Source of the DNA: Actinomycetota bacterium
GTDB lineage: Bacteria; Actinomycetota; Actinomycetes; Nanopelagicales; Nanopelagicaceae
Assembly (NCBI GenBank): GCA_010032875.1
Contig: RGSB01000002.1
Location: 11,546-75,545 of the forward strand
Direction of reading: 5' to 3'
DNA: 64,000 nucleotides
The notes beneath the pieces were generated by a model, which did not search any database, was not told where the DNA came from, and saw only the letters and a list, made by a program, of their open reading frames with translations. A program made the translations under genes and the position numbers. Positions 9,091 through 21,007 of the stretch are shown here, one piece after another (the stretch's first letter is position 1; each line of letters begins with the position of its first letter).

Positions 9091-9573
9091 ATGCGCCCGT
9101 GGCGCTCGCTTTATCTCATCGCCTGGGTTGTGTGGTTAATTGATCTAGGCACAAAAGTTTGGGCCGAGAAGGTTTTATCTACGCGAGCTAATGTCGAAGT
9201 TTTGGGTTCATTTCTACAACTTACTTTTATCCGCAACTCTGGTGCGGCCTTTAGCATCGGCACAGGTAAGACAATTTTCTTTACTATTTTTGCCCTTATT
9301 GTTCTGATTTTAATTACGCGATATGCACCGCAGATTACTTCAAAGGGTTGGGCTGTAGTTGGCGGTTTACTTCTTGGCGGAATTCTTGGAAATCTCACAG
9401 ATCGTATTTTCCGCGAGCCCAGCTTTTTACAAGGTCACGTCATTGATTGGATTCAACTGCCCAACTGGCCCGTGTTTAACATCGCAGATAGCGCTATTGT
9501 GATTGCAGCAGCAATTGCAATGATTCTCACTCTTCGAAACATTGCACCAATAACACCAATAGACAAGAGTTGA
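9091..9573 (+). CDS. lspA: Lipoprotein signal peptidase II
   Basis: Motifs are IRNSGAAFS and FNIADSAIV. I chose the ATG at 9091, directly after the upstream stop, rather than the 8989 ORF-track start, which overlaps the previous gene. Confidence 0.9.
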   Translation: MRPWRSLYLIAWVVWLIDLGTKVWAEKVLSTRANVEVLGSFLQLTFIRNSGAAFSIGTGKTIFFTIFALIVLILITRYAPQITSKGWAVVGGLLLGGILGNLTDRIFREPSFLQGHVIDWIQLPNWPVFNIADSAIVIAAAIAMILTLRNIAPITPIDKS

Positions 9574-10514
9574 ACATGAGCCGAGTATCACGAACCCTGT
9601 CGGTTCCAGAGGGCGTTGCAGGAGAGCGTATTGATAGTGCTCTCACTCGTGTGCTCGGACTTTCGCGTACATCTGTAGTCAAACTGCTAGAAGATGGCGA
9701 CATCACTACATCTGGAAAAGCTATGAGTAAATCCGACAAAGTCGCCGCAGGACAGATTATTGAAGTGCTCATGCCCGAAGAAAAGAACACCGAACCTATT
9801 CCACTCACTCCTATTCCTGGTTTATCAATTATTTATAACGATGAATCAATCGTTGTCATTGATAAACCTGTTGGCTGCGCCGCTCATCCAAGTCCAGGAT
9901 GGGAGGGACCAACAGTTGTTGGTGCTCTCAGCGCGGCTGGTTACACAATTTCAACTAGTGGTCCTGCAGAGCGAGCAGGCATTGTGCATCGACTAGATGT
10001 GGGCACAAGTGGCTTAATGGTTGTCGCAAAAACAGACCAGGCGTATACATTTCTTAAAGATGCATTTAAATCTCGTACAGTTACAAAGATTTACCACGCA
10101 CTTATTCAAGGTCACATGGATCCAAGCACCGGAACAATTGATGCACCCATTGATCGCCATCCCAAGGAAGATCATCGTTTTGCAGTTGTAGCAAATGGGA
10201 AAGAAAGCATTACTCACTATGAAGTCATAGAGTTTTATCGTGGAGTCTCACTTGTAAAGGTTGAACTCGAAACTGGTCGCACGCATCAAATTCGTGTGCA
10301 CTTCTCTGCGCTTCGACATCCATTAGTTGGCGACCTGACATATGGCGCGGACCCTGTACTCGCAGCATCTCTGTCAATGACTCGTCCATGGTTACACGCC
10401 ATGCAACTCGAACTCACGCACCCGGTTACTGGCGAGCACTTAGCCTTTACTGCTCCATACCCTGCTGATCTCACAAATGCTCTGGCGTTGCTTTCAAGCG
10501 CAGTTCTTCCGTAA
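9570..10514 (+). CDS. rluD: RluA-family 23S rRNA pseudouridine synthase (RluD-like)
   Basis: It has an S4-like N-terminus and the catalytic motif HRLDVGTSGLMVVAK, followed by GRTHQIRVH. An alternative ATG lies at 9576. Confidence 0.9.
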   Translation: MNMSRVSRTLSVPEGVAGERIDSALTRVLGLSRTSVVKLLEDGDITTSGKAMSKSDKVAAGQIIEVLMPEEKNTEPIPLTPIPGLSIIYNDESIVVIDKPVGCAAHPSPGWEGPTVVGALSAAGYTISTSGPAERAGIVHRLDVGTSGLMVVAKTDQAYTFLKDAFKSRTVTKIYHALIQGHMDPSTGTIDAPIDRHPKEDHRFAVVANGKESITHYEVIEFYRGVSLVKVELETGRTHQIRVHFSALRHPLVGDLTYGADPVLAASLSMTRPWLHAMQLELTHPVTGEHLAFTAPYPADLTNALALLSSAVLP

Positions 10515-10532
10515 CGACTAATCTCACCACCG

Positions 10533-13500
10533 ATGTCTTCTTTCGCCCACCTTCATGTTCATACCGAGTATTCAATGCTCGATGGTGCCGCACGCGTAGC
10601 TGATCTCGTTGCTGAAGTAGCTCGCCAAGAAATGCCTGCCATTGCGATGACAGATCACGGAAATGTTTTTGGTGCATTTGACTTCTACAAACAAGCAAAA
10701 AAAGTTGGTGTAAAACCAATCATAGGAATTGAAGCTTACGTTGCGCCCGAATCTCGTTTTGAAAAGAAGAGAGTCAAATGGGCCGATGGAGGAGAAGATG
10801 ATGTGTCAGGTGGTGGCGCGTATACCCACATGACAATCTTGGCTGAAAATAACGAAGGTTTATCCAATCTATTTAGACTCTCATCCCTCGCATCCCTCGA
10901 AGGTTATTACTACAAACCACGAATGGATCGCGAATTATTGACGCGATACTCCAAAGGTTTGATTGCAACAACTGGTTGCCCTGGTGGTGAAATTCAAACA
11001 CGTCTACGCATGGGTGCATTTAAAGAAGCGATGGCTGCAGCATCTGATTATCGAGACATCTTTGGTGCAGAGAATTTCTACCTGGAAATCATGGATCACG
11101 GAATTGATATCGAATCTCGCGTGAAAGCAGATCTTCTCAAACTCGGCAAAGAACTCGGTTTGCCCTTATTGGCAACAAATGATTTGCACTACACATTCCA
11201 TGAAGATGCACGTGCGCATGAAGCTCTTTTGTGTGTTCAGTCAGGTTCAACTCTTGCAGACCCTAAGCGATTTAAGTTCGATAACGATGAGTTTTATCTC
11301 AAGACTCCCGCTCAAATGCGCGAGCTTTTCAAAGAGATTCCGGAGAGCTGTGACAACACGTTGTTAATTGCCGAACGTTGTAATGTCACATTACGTGAAG
11401 GTGAAAACCTGCTTCCTCGCTTTGAAGTTCCAGCTGGCGAAACAGAGGACTCATGGCTGGTTAAAGAGTCTGAGCGCGGTTTACAAGAACGTTTAGGCGC
11501 ACGAGTTACTGAGCAACATCGTGCACGATTGAAATACGAATTAGATGTCATGATCAAGATGGGATTTCCTGGTTACTTTTTAGTTGTTGCAGATCTTGTT
11601 ACTCACGCTAAAAAAGTTGGAATTCGCGTAGGTCCAGGTCGTGGTTCTGCTGCAGGTTCGCTGGTTGCTTACGCACTTGGTATTACTGGTCTTGATCCAC
11701 TCGAGCACGGTTTACTCTTCGAGCGTTTCTTAAATCCAGAACGTATTTCGATGCCTGATATCGACTTGGACTTCGATGAACGCAGACGTAGCGAAATGAT
11801 TCGTTATGCAACAACAAAGTATGGCGAAGATCGCGTTGCACAAATCATTACCTATGGCACCATTAAATCTAAACAAGCAATCAAAGATTCCACTCGTGTA
11901 CTTGGCTATCCGTACGCGATTGGCGAGAAACTCACAAAAGCGTTGCCGCCATCTGTAATGGGTAAGGATATTTCACTCGCTGGAGTATTTGATCCGAGCA
12001 ACGATCGATTCGGCGAAGCAGGAGAGTTTAGAAATCTTTATGAAAGCGATCCTGATTCGAAGACGGTTGTAGATACCGCAATAGGACTTGAAGGTTTGAA
12101 GCGGCAATGGGGAGTTCACGCCGCGGGTGTGATTCTCTCTCGTGAACCTTTACTCGATGTTATTCCAATTCATCGTCGCGAAGCGGATGGTTCAATTATT
12201 ACCCAATTTGATATGGGCGCATGCGAAGCAACTGGATTGTTAAAGATGGACTTTCTTGGTCTTCGAAATCTTTCTGTACTAGATGATGCTCTCTTAAATA
12301 TCAAAGCAAATAAAGGCATAGACATCGTTTTAGAAGATCTCACCCTCGATGATAAAAAAACTTTCGAACTCCTTTCACGCGGTGACACATTGGGTGTATT
12401 TCAGCTCGACGGTGGTCCAATGCGTGCTTTATTGCGAAGCATGTCTCCGGATTCATTCCAAGATATTTCAGCCGTTATTGCGCTATATCGACCAGGCCCA
12501 ATGGGTGAAAATGCTCATAACAACTATGCGGATCGGAAAAATAAACGTAAACCTGTCGAACCAATACATGCTGAGCTATCTGAAGTTCTCAATGAAATTT
12601 TGGGCGATACATACGGTTTAATCGTTTACCAAGAGCAAGTTATGGCAATTGCTCAAAAAGTTGCGGGATTCTCACTGGGTCGCGCAGATTTACTGCGCAA
12701 AGCGATGGGTAAGAAAAACAAAGAGATTCTCGATAAAGAGTACGTTCCATTCGAAGCCGGCATGAAAGCAAATGGGTTTGGAAATGCCGCAATCAAACGT
12801 TTATGGGACGTTCTAATTCCCTTCTCTGATTACGCATTCAACCGTGCACACAGTGCGGGTTACGGGGTAGTTTCCTATTGGACCGCTTATCTCAAAGCTA
12901 ATTATCCAACTGAATATATGGCAGCCCTGCTTACATCGGTACGAGATGACAAAGACAAATCAGCGCTTTACTTGAGCGAATGTCGCCGCATGGGAATTCA
13001 AGTATTGCCTCCAGATGTTAATGAATCAGATGCCGAATACACACCCCGTGGCAATGACATTCGTTTTGGTCTTGCAGCAATTCGAAACGTAGGAGAAGGC
13101 GTTGTTGCATCCATCAAGAGTGGAAGAGATTCTAAAGGACGCTACCAATCTTTCGGTGATTTCTTAGCGAAGGTAGATGCTCAAGTCTGTAACAAGAAAA
13201 CGATTGAATCACTTATAAAAGCTGGCGCATTTGATTCGATGGGCCATACTCGAAAAGGTTTAATGGCTGTCTACCTTGAAGCGATCGACTCTGTCATTGA
13301 AACAAAGCGCGCAGAAGCAATCGGGCAGTTTGATTTATTTGGGGGAGAGTCTGCAACATCAGTTTCAAATGTTGCACTGGATATTCCAACCGGTGAATGG
13401 GAAAAAGCAATGTTGCTTTCCTACGAACGCGAGATGCTCGGACTCTATGTTTCAGATCATCCACTTCTTGGAGTTGAACATGTTTTGCGAGCTGGTACAG

Positions 13501-14027
13501 ATCTGTCTATCAGCGAATTATTAGATGATGGTGGACACCATGATCAAATTGTGACAATTGGTGGTTTGATTACATCAGTTACACGAAAAGTCACGCGCCA
13601 AGGTGCATCGTGGGCTGTCGTAACAATTGAAGATCTCGAAGGTTCACTGGAGGCTCTATTTTTCTCAAATACTTACAATCAATATGCGTTGACGCTGACT
13701 GAAGATCGTATTGTTCTTATTCGCGGTCGAGTAGATAAGCGCGAAGATCAATTGAGATTCACAGCCCTTGAAATGAAGAGTGCCGATGTGAGCGCAGCTC
13801 CGACTGGTCCGCTGGTAATTACATTGCCTATCAATCAATGCACACCACCTGTTGTAGATCGCATGAAAGAGATTCTTCGTTCCCACCCGGGAAAGCGCGA
13901 AGTTCATCTGCATCTCGATGAGAATGGGATGCGTACTGTGATGAAATTAGAGACGTTGATTACTTCTTCACCATCGCTTAGCGCTGATCTGAAATCAATT
14001 CTCGGGCCTAACTGCCTTCAGGGCTAG
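10533..14027 (+). CDS. dnaE: DNA polymerase III alpha subunit (DnaE1)
   Basis: It has the PHP domain HLHVHTEYSMLDGA, the PDIDLDF motif and a C-terminal OB fold. Its length is 1164 aa. Confidence 0.97.
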   Translation: MSSFAHLHVHTEYSMLDGAARVADLVAEVARQEMPAIAMTDHGNVFGAFDFYKQAKKVGVKPIIGIEAYVAPESRFEKKRVKWADGGEDDVSGGGAYTHMTILAENNEGLSNLFRLSSLASLEGYYYKPRMDRELLTRYSKGLIATTGCPGGEIQTRLRMGAFKEAMAAASDYRDIFGAENFYLEIMDHGIDIESRVKADLLKLGKELGLPLLATNDLHYTFHEDARAHEALLCVQSGSTLADPKRFKFDNDEFYLKTPAQMRELFKEIPESCDNTLLIAERCNVTLREGENLLPRFEVPAGETEDSWLVKESERGLQERLGARVTEQHRARLKYELDVMIKMGFPGYFLVVADLVTHAKKVGIRVGPGRGSAAGSLVAYALGITGLDPLEHGLLFERFLNPERISMPDIDLDFDERRRSEMIRYATTKYGEDRVAQIITYGTIKSKQAIKDSTRVLGYPYAIGEKLTKALPPSVMGKDISLAGVFDPSNDRFGEAGEFRNLYESDPDSKTVVDTAIGLEGLKRQWGVHAAGVILSREPLLDVIPIHRREADGSIITQFDMGACEATGLLKMDFLGLRNLSVLDDALLNIKANKGIDIVLEDLTLDDKKTFELLSRGDTLGVFQLDGGPMRALLRSMSPDSFQDISAVIALYRPGPMGENAHNNYADRKNKRKPVEPIHAELSEVLNEILGDTYGLIVYQEQVMAIAQKVAGFSLGRADLLRKAMGKKNKEILDKEYVPFEAGMKANGFGNAAIKRLWDVLIPFSDYAFNRAHSAGYGVVSYWTAYLKANYPTEYMAALLTSVRDDKDKSALYLSECRRMGIQVLPPDVNESDAEYTPRGNDIRFGLAAIRNVGEGVVASIKSGRDSKGRYQSFGDFLAKVDAQVCNKKTIESLIKAGAFDSMGHTRKGLMAVYLEAIDSVIETKRAEAIGQFDLFGGESATSVSNVALDIPTGEWEKAMLLSYEREMLGLYVSDHPLLGVEHVLRAGTDLSISELLDDGGHHDQIVTIGGLITSVTRKVTRQGASWAVVTIEDLEGSLEALFFSNTYNQYALTLTEDRIVLIRGRVDKREDQLRFTALEMKSADVSAAPTGPLVITLPINQCTPPVVDRMKEILRSHPGKREVHLHLDENGMRTVMKLETLITSSPSLSADLKSILGPNCLQG

Positions 14028-14076
14028 TAGAATTGGGCTTTACTCAATACCGAGTTTTAAAAATGTGAGGCCATTC

Positions 14077-15393
14077 ATGATGCGTTTCGTAGACCTTCGT
14101 GGTCAACGCTTATCTAAGGCCGGATATACAAACGCACTTCCTCGCGCAACTCTCGATGTTGCAAAGGCAATGAAGTTAATCGAACCAATTCTCGTGCGCG
14201 TTAAAAATGGAAATGAGAGCGATCTGATTGCCCTATCTCAAGAGTTCGATGGTGTTGCACCACAATCAATTAAAGTTCCTCGCGCCGAACTAACTAAGGC
14301 GCTAAAGGAATTGGATCCAGAAATTCGCACAGCTCTTGAAGTTTCGGCGCAGCGAATTAGAAAAGTTCATAATGATCAAAGCCGAGGCGAGACAACCACA
14401 CGCGTCGTCGATGGCGGAACTGTTACCGAGAAGTGGGTCCCAGTTGATCGCGTTGGTTTATATGTTCCAGGTGGACGCGCCGTATATCCAAGTAGCGTGA
14501 TGATGAACGTTATTCCTGCCCAAATTGCTAAGGTGCAAAGCATCGCAGTTGCATCGCCTCCACAGAGTGAATTTGGTGGATTACCGCACCCAACAATTCT
14601 TGCTACGTGCGAACTCCTAGGAGTAACAGAGGTGTATGCAATAGGTGGTGCACAAGCAATCGCACTTTTTGCATACGGGATGAAAGATCTCTGTGAAAAA
14701 TGTGATCTTGTGACTGGTCCAGGAAATATCTATGTCGCTGCTGCAAAACGTGCACTACGTGGAATTATCGGAATCGATTCCGAAGCAGGTCCAACAGAAA
14801 TTGCAATCGTTGCCGATGAAAGCGCAATTGCTGCAGACGTCGCTGCAGATCTCATTAGCCAAGCAGAACATGATGTTATTGCTGCTGCAATCTTGATTAC
14901 CAATAGTTCTCAATTGATAGAAGATGTGGAAAATGAGTTAGCCATCCGAGTCGCACGAACTAAACACTCGCAGAGAATTACTGAAGCACTTTCTGGTATT
15001 CAGTCCGCATGCGTGTTGGTTGATTCTGTTGAGCAAGCACTTGATGTTGCTAATGCATATGCAGCCGAGCACCTAGAAATCCAGACTAGAAATAGCGCTA
15101 AGGATTCAGAAAAAATAAGAAATGCTGGCGCCGTATTCATCGGTCGTTATTCACCAGTTTCACTCGGAGATTATTCGGCTGGTTCTAATCACGTTTTACC
15201 TACTGGTGGATGTGCATGTCACTCCAGTGGGCTTTCTGTGCAAACTTTCTTACGTGGATTACATTTCATTGAATACAACGAGAGTGCCTTTACAGACATT
15301 CTTCCTACAGTTATCACATTGGCAAATTCAGAGGATTTACCGGCTCACGGTGAAGCAATGAGTGTTCGCCTGGAAAATAAGAGTCAATCATGA
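14077..15393 (+). CDS. hisD: Histidinol dehydrogenase
   Basis: Motifs are SQAEHD, GDYSAGSNHVLPT and AHGEA. GAGG lies 6 nt upstream of the ATG at 14077. Confidence 0.95.
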   Translation: MMRFVDLRGQRLSKAGYTNALPRATLDVAKAMKLIEPILVRVKNGNESDLIALSQEFDGVAPQSIKVPRAELTKALKELDPEIRTALEVSAQRIRKVHNDQSRGETTTRVVDGGTVTEKWVPVDRVGLYVPGGRAVYPSSVMMNVIPAQIAKVQSIAVASPPQSEFGGLPHPTILATCELLGVTEVYAIGGAQAIALFAYGMKDLCEKCDLVTGPGNIYVAAAKRALRGIIGIDSEAGPTEIAIVADESAIAADVAADLISQAEHDVIAAAILITNSSQLIEDVENELAIRVARTKHSQRITEALSGIQSACVLVDSVEQALDVANAYAAEHLEIQTRNSAKDSEKIRNAGAVFIGRYSPVSLGDYSAGSNHVLPTGGCACHSSGLSVQTFLRGLHFIEYNESAFTDILPTVITLANSEDLPAHGEAMSVRLENKSQS

Positions 15394-16484
15394 GTACATG
15401 GCCAGAATGGTTACCACTGCGTACAGAACTAGCACCAATGTCGCCTTACGGTGCACCGCAAGTAAGTGCAGATGCTTCACTAAACACAAATGAAAATCCT
15501 TTTTCACCTTCACCGGCTTTGATTAAAGCTATTGCCGAGCGAGTCAGTCAGATAGGCGCCGAACTTAACCGCTATCCAGATCGCGAGGCAACTTCGCTTC
15601 GTACTTCACTTGCCAACTACATTAATTCTCAATCTGGCACATCAATGGATATTTCAAATGTGTGGGCTGCTAATGGCAGTAACGAGATCATTCAATCTAT
15701 CTTTCTTGCATTTGGTCGAAAATCTGCCCTTGGCTTTACACCTTCTTATTCAATGCACCCACTCATCGCAAAAGTTACTGCGACTCCATGGATAGATGGA
15801 ACGCGTCGTAAAGATTTCACACTCGATTGTGATGCTGCAGTTGCTCAAATCGAATCACTTCGACCAGCACTCACTTTCGTTACAACTCCCAACAACCCAA
15901 CGGGAAGCGCCGTGCTCATCTCGGAAATCCAGACTTTGGCAAGAAGCGCGCAATTAGTGGGTGGGTTGCTTGTGATTGATGAAGCATATGCAGAGTTTTC
16001 ATCTGAAGAGTCAGCAGTTACATTGATTGAAAAATTCCCAAATATTGTTGTCATCAGAACCATGAGTAAAGCGTTCGCATTCGCTGGTGCAAGAGTTGGT
16101 TATTTAGTTGCACACCCATCTGTTATTGATGCAATGAGACTTGTCCGACTTCCGTACCATTTAAGTTCGCTCACCCAAGTGGCAGCTAGTGCAGCACTCG
16201 AATTTAGCGATGAATTATTAGCAACCGTTCAAGGCCTGATAGCGGCTCGCGAAGATGTTGCTGGCGAACTCACTCAATTAGGGCTTGAAGTAGTCCCTAG
16301 TTGCTCGAATTTCTTGCTCTTCTCGGGATTCAAGCGGGCGAGTGCTGATGTATGGAAAGATTTGCTCGATAAAGGGGTCCTCATCCGTGACGTGGGTCTA
16401 GATGGTTATTTGCGAGTAACAATCGGCAATGAAGCCGAAAATAGAAAATTTATTTCAGCCATGAAAGAAGTATTGAACAAGTGA
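15390..16484 (+). CDS. hisC: Histidinol-phosphate aminotransferase
   Basis: It has LNTNENPF, the PLP lysine context [16 protein letters not shown], and an ATGA overlap with hisD. Confidence 0.95.
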   Translation: MSTWPEWLPLRTELAPMSPYGAPQVSADASLNTNENPFSPSPALIKAIAERVSQIGAELNRYPDREATSLRTSLANYINSQSGTSMDISNVWAANGSNEIIQSIFLAFGRKSALGFTPSYSMHPLIAKVTATPWIDGTRRKDFTLDCDAAVAQIESLRPALTFVTTPNNPTGSAVLISEIQTLARSAQLVGGLLVIDEAYAEFSSEESAVTLIEKFPNIVVIRTMSKAFAFAGARVGYLVAHPSVIDAMRLVRLPYHLSSLTQVAASAALEFSDELLATVQGLIAAREDVAGELTQLGLEVVPSCSNFLLFSGFKRASADVWKDLLDKGVLIRDVGLDGYLRVTIGNEAENRKFISAMKEVLNK

Positions 16485-16497
16485 AGCAGGGGAAAAA

Positions 16498-17082
16498 ATG
16501 AGAAGTGCTCGCGTAGAACGTACAACTAAAGAATCCAGCGTTCTTGTAGAACTCAATCTTGACGGGCAAGGAAACATCTCCGTCGACACTGGAGTTGCAT
16601 TCTTCGATCACATGCTTTCACAACTTGGTAAGCACTCAGGCTTTGACCTTACAGTGAAGACAACTGGGGATATTGAAGTTGATTCACACCACACAGTTGA
16701 AGATACATCTCTCGCATTTGGCCAAGCACTTCGTGAAGCACTAGGAGATAAAGCAGGCATACGACGCTTTGGCGATGCGATGGTTCCGTTGGATGAAGTG
16801 CTAGTGCAAGCAGCTGTAGATCTTTCTGGTCGTCCATATTTAGTGCACCGCCAACCAGAAATCGTAGAATTAATCGGTACCTTTGACACAACACTGGGTA
16901 AACACATTTGGGAATCTATTGTTGCTGAAGCGCGCATTGCACTTCACATCAGAGTCCTCGAGGGTCGTAACGCACACCATGTCTTTGAAGCCCAATTTAA
17001 AGCCGTTGCTCGCGCACTTCGTGACGCTGTTTCATTAGATGCGCGTGTTACGGGAGTGCCATCGACTAAGGGCGTTCTTTGA
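16498..17082 (+). CDS. hisB: Imidazoleglycerol-phosphate dehydratase
   Basis: Motifs are [15 protein letters not shown] and GRNAHH. Confidence 0.95.
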   Translation: MRSARVERTTKESSVLVELNLDGQGNISVDTGVAFFDHMLSQLGKHSGFDLTVKTTGDIEVDSHHTVEDTSLAFGQALREALGDKAGIRRFGDAMVPLDEVLVQAAVDLSGRPYLVHRQPEIVELIGTFDTTLGKHIWESIVAEARIALHIRVLEGRNAHHVFEAQFKAVARALRDAVSLDARVTGVPSTKGVL

Positions 17083-17672
17083 TAGCAATTTTGGATTACG
17101 GATCGGGAAATTTACGATCCGCCCAACGCGCTTTTGCAACAACTGGTCATGATGTAGAACTCACATCAGATCTCGATGTCGCACTCAAAGCCGATGGTTT
17201 AGTTGTTCCAGGAGTTGGAGCATTTGCCGCTTGCATGAACGGTATCAACGAGATTAGTGCTGCTGATGTGATTCGCCAACGAAAGATTGCAGGAAAAGCA
17301 ACACTCGGAATCTGTATCGGTATGCAAATTCTTTTTAGTGATGGGCTCGAACACGGAGCGCACAAAGGAATTGGAATGTGGAGTGGCACCGTGAGCGAAC
17401 TAGACGCACCAATTCTTCCGCACATGGGTTGGAATACGGTTGAAATCACTGGATCGTCACGACTCTTTAAAGGAATAGAAAAAGAGTCTTTCTATTTCGT
17501 TCACTCATATGCCGCCAAAAGTTCTGTCGGCCTCGCGCAGGCATGGACTACTCATGGTGAGAAGTTTCTATCCGCTGTCGAAGATGGACCGTTGTGTGCA
17601 ACACAATTTCATCCGGAGAAATCAGGACAAGCCGGTTTAACTCTTATCGCTAATTGGAGCGCTGGATTATGA
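17079..17672 (+). CDS. hisH: Imidazole glycerol phosphate synthase, glutaminase subunit
   Basis: It has [13 protein letters not shown], the GICIGMQ catalytic Cys and QFHPEKS. The start is TTG, overlapping the hisB stop. Confidence 0.93.
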   Translation: MIAILDYGSGNLRSAQRAFATTGHDVELTSDLDVALKADGLVVPGVGAFAACMNGINEISAADVIRQRKIAGKATLGICIGMQILFSDGLEHGAHKGIGMWSGTVSELDAPILPHMGWNTVEITGSSRLFKGIEKESFYFVHSYAAKSSVGLAQAWTTHGEKFLSAVEDGPLCATQFHPEKSGQAGLTLIANWSAGL

Positions 17673-18394
17673 GCTATCTCGAACTTTTACCAGCCGTAGA
17701 TGTTAAAGATGGCAAGGCTGTTCGCTTAGTTCAAGGAGAATTAAGTAAAGAAACAAACTACGGAAAACCACTTGATGCAGCACTTGATTTTCAAAAATCA
17801 GGAGCCGAGTGGATTCACCTTGTCGATCTCGATGCGGCCTTTGGTATCGGAAGCAACGCAGATTTACTTGCAGAAGTAATCGGCACTTTAGATATCAAAG
17901 TTGAGTTATCCGGTGGCATTAGAGATGACGAATCTTTGCGCAAAGCACTTTCAACTGGTTGTACTCGAGTCAATTTAGGAACTGCAGCCCTCGAAAATCC
18001 TGAATGGACTTCTCAGGTCATTGCTGAATTCGGTGATCGTATTGCAGTGGGTCTAGACGTACGCGGACATGTTTTATCCGCAAGGGGTTGGACACGCGAT
18101 GGTGGAGATCTATTTGAAACGATTCAAAGACTCGATAGCGACGGTTGTGCACGTTATGTCCTAACAGATGTAACAAAAGATGGAACATTAGCTGGTCCAA
18201 ACTTCGAATTACTCAAGAAGGTTTGTGCTGTAACCAAGGCACCAGTCGTTGCAAGCGGTGGAATCTCAAATTTAAGTGATATTGAAAATTTGGTAGCGCT
18301 TCGTGACATTGGTGTTGAAGGAGCAATTGTTGGCAAGGCGCTTTACGCAGGTGCATTCACTTTAGAACAGGCACTGGAAGTGACACGCAAATGA
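17669..18394 (+). CDS. priA: HisA/PriA-type (beta-alpha)8 phosphoribosyl isomerase
   Basis: It starts [20 protein letters not shown] and has an ATGA overlap with hisH. The actinobacterial context and the lack of trpF in the adjacent trp genes suggest the dual-substrate PriA type (inference). Confidence 0.88.
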   Translation: MSYLELLPAVDVKDGKAVRLVQGELSKETNYGKPLDAALDFQKSGAEWIHLVDLDAAFGIGSNADLLAEVIGTLDIKVELSGGIRDDESLRKALSTGCTRVNLGTAALENPEWTSQVIAEFGDRIAVGLDVRGHVLSARGWTRDGGDLFETIQRLDSDGCARYVLTDVTKDGTLAGPNFELLKKVCAVTKAPVVASGGISNLSDIENLVALRDIGVEGAIVGKALYAGAFTLEQALEVTRK

Positions 18395-19164
18395 CACTAT
18401 CTGTTCGCATCATTGCTTGCCTTGACGTTACAGATGGTCGCGTTGTTAAGGGCATCAATTTCACAGATTTAGTAGATGCCGGCGACCCAGTAGAAATGGC
18501 TTCTCTCTATGACCGCGAAGGTATTGATGAACTTACTTTCTTAGATATCTCCGCGAGTTCTTCTGGTCGAGATACAACTGTAGATGTGGTTCGCAGAACT
18601 GCCGAAGAAGTATTTATTCCTCTGACTGTTGGCGGCGGCGTAAGAAGCGTGGAGGATGTAAACCAGTTACTGCGCGCAGGAGCAGACAAGGTTTCAATTA
18701 ATACTGCAGCACTCAAACGACCTGAGTTAATTTCTGAAATTGTTGATCGTTTTGGTTCACAAGTATTAGTCCTTTCAGTTGATGCACGACGCGCACGTAC
18801 TGATTCTGGATTTGAAGTAACAACTCACGGTGGTCGTGAAAGCGCCAGAGTAGATGCAATTGAGTGGGTAGAAAAAGCGTGTGCTTTAGGGGTGGGTGAA
18901 ATTTTACTTAACTCAATGGATGCTGACGGAACACGTGCAGGTTATGACATTGGAATGATTTCAGCAGTACGCGCCGTTGCAAAGGTTCCATTAATTGCAA
19001 GCGGTGGGGCAGGAGCACTCTCTGACTTTGCAGCAGCCCTTGATGCAGGAGCCGATGCATTGCTCGCAGCGAGTGTCTTTCACTTTGGAATTCACAGAAT
19101 TAGCGATGTGAAGTCATATTTGAGCGCAGCTGGTTATTCCATTCGCACGCCCAATAACCGATAG
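18391..19164 (+). CDS. hisF: Imidazole glycerol phosphate synthase, cyclase subunit
   Basis: Motifs are [19 protein letters not shown] and SGGAG. Confidence 0.95.
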   Translation: MTLSVRIIACLDVTDGRVVKGINFTDLVDAGDPVEMASLYDREGIDELTFLDISASSSGRDTTVDVVRRTAEEVFIPLTVGGGVRSVEDVNQLLRAGADKVSINTAALKRPELISEIVDRFGSQVLVLSVDARRARTDSGFEVTTHGGRESARVDAIEWVEKACALGVGEILLNSMDADGTRAGYDIGMISAVRAVAKVPLIASGGAGALSDFAAALDAGADALLAASVFHFGIHRISDVKSYLSAAGYSIRTPNNR

Positions 19165-19178
19165 GGCAGAATTACGCC

Positions 19179-19523
19179 ATGAGCAACTATCAACTATCAG
19201 CAGAAGTTCGCGGATTGCTCAAAGACGTTGATCTTTTGATTCCAGGAATTGTCCAAGATGCTCAGACCAAAGATGTCTTGATGCTCGCATACGTCAATCA
19301 AGAGGCACTTGCTCAAATGATTGCCACTGGAGCCGGAACTTATTGGTCACGTTCTCGCAAAGAAATTTGGGTTAAAGGTGCATCATCTGGTCACACTCAG
19401 AAAGTAATGTCACTTGCATTGGATTGTGATGGTGACGCTCTGCTCATTTCCGTAGAACAGATTGGAGCGGCGTGTCATACGGGCGAAAAAACTTGTTTTC
19501 ATCAGCCGATTAAATTGGCATGA
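19179..19523 (+). CDS. hisI: Phosphoribosyl-AMP cyclohydrolase
   Basis: It is 114 aa with YWSRSRKEIWVKG...DCDGDALL...CHTGEKTCF. Confidence 0.92.
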   Translation: MSNYQLSAEVRGLLKDVDLLIPGIVQDAQTKDVLMLAYVNQEALAQMIATGAGTYWSRSRKEIWVKGASSGHTQKVMSLALDCDGDALLISVEQIGAACHTGEKTCFHQPIKLA

Positions 19524-21007
19524 ATGTAGAAGATTTTCGGGCATACGCACGTAGTTACAACGTAATTCCAGTAACTCGTAAGTTACTTGCCGATGGCGAA
19601 ACTCCACTCGGGATTTATCGCAAACTCGCGAAGAGTGCACCAAATACTTTTTTGCTCGAATCCGCCGAACATGGTGGAGCATGGTCACGTTATTCATTTA
19701 TTGGTGTACGCACAGAATCAACGCTCAGCGAAAAAGATGGCTCAGCTGTGTGGATCGGCACATATCCTGCAGGCGCACCGCAGGGAATTGATCCGCTTGA
19801 AGCACTGCGAATCAGTGCAACACATTTACGATCACCAGTGATTCCAGGTTTACCACCGCTAACAGGTGGGCTAGTTGGTTACATGGGTTATGACACCGTG
19901 CGCCGCTTAGAGAAAATCGGTAACAGTGCGAATAAAGATTTACCGATTCCAGAATTAGCTTTTATGCTGACCAGCGATCTGGCAGTAATGGATCACAGCG
20001 ATGGAACCGTGACCCTGATTGCCAATGCCATTAATTGGGATGCCAGTGATAATCGAATTGATGAGGCCTATGCCGAATGTGTCACTCGTTTGGATCGAAT
20101 GCAAGAAGAGTTAAATACATCTCTAGATGGTTCTGTCAGCGAACTCAAAGAGCGCACACTTCCACTTTTTGATTCCAATACAACTGAAGATGAATATCGC
20201 AAATCAGTGAGAGAAATTAAAGAAGAAATATTGGCGGGTGAAGCTTTTCAGGTAGTTCTTTCGCAGCGATTTAGTGTGGATGTCAAAGCACAACCGATTG
20301 ATGTGTATCGGATGCTCAGGCTTCACAATCCAAGTCCGTACATGTATCTCTTCCAATTTAGCGATGGAATTAGCGTTGTGGGATCAAGTCCTGAGGCCCT
20401 TGTTAAAGTAAATCAAAAAGAAGTGATGGTTCATCCAATTGCCGGAACTAGAAAACGTTCAGCGTCGCCAGAAATTGATAAGAAATTAGCAGAAGAGTTA
20501 CTTGCTGATCCAAAAGAGCGAGCGGAGCATTTAATGCTCGTAGATTTAGGACGTAATGATCTTGGAAGAATCTGCGAACCAGGTAGTGTCGAAGTAGTTG
20601 ATTTTATGCATATTGAAAGATACTCACATGTCATGCATATTGTTTCAACAGTGACCGGAAGATTGTCAGATAACTCCAATTGCGTTGATGCGCTCTTTGC
20701 AGTTTTTCCAGCAGGGACATTATCTGGTGCTCCGAAACCACGTGCCATGCAAATAATTGAAGAACATGAAAGCACTCGACGTGGGATTTATGGGGGAGCG
20801 ATTGGCTATATCGATTTCACTGGAAACATAGATACGTGTATTGCAATTCGCACTGCAGTTCTCTTTGGTGGCAAAGCCTATGTTCAAGCCGGTGCAGGAA
20901 TTGTTGCCGATTCTGATCCTGAATCAGAAAATCAAGAGTGCAGAAATAAGGCAGCCGCCGTCCTAGGCGCTGTGCATGCAGCCAATTCTTTATCGAGTTC
21001 ACGATGA
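19520..21007 (+). CDS. trpE: Anthranilate synthase component I
   Basis: Motifs are LLESAEHGG, SPYMY, GTLSGAPK and YGGAIGY. It has an ATGA overlap with hisI. Confidence 0.95.
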   Translation: MNVEDFRAYARSYNVIPVTRKLLADGETPLGIYRKLAKSAPNTFLLESAEHGGAWSRYSFIGVRTESTLSEKDGSAVWIGTYPAGAPQGIDPLEALRISATHLRSPVIPGLPPLTGGLVGYMGYDTVRRLEKIGNSANKDLPIPELAFMLTSDLAVMDHSDGTVTLIANAINWDASDNRIDEAYAECVTRLDRMQEELNTSLDGSVSELKERTLPLFDSNTTEDEYRKSVREIKEEILAGEAFQVVLSQRFSVDVKAQPIDVYRMLRLHNPSPYMYLFQFSDGISVVGSSPEALVKVNQKEVMVHPIAGTRKRSASPEIDKKLAEELLADPKERAEHLMLVDLGRNDLGRICEPGSVEVVDFMHIERYSHVMHIVSTVTGRLSDNSNCVDALFAVFPAGTLSGAPKPRAMQIIEEHESTRRGIYGGAIGYIDFTGNIDTCIAIRTAVLFGGKAYVQAGAGIVADSDPESENQECRNKAAAVLGAVHAANSLSSSR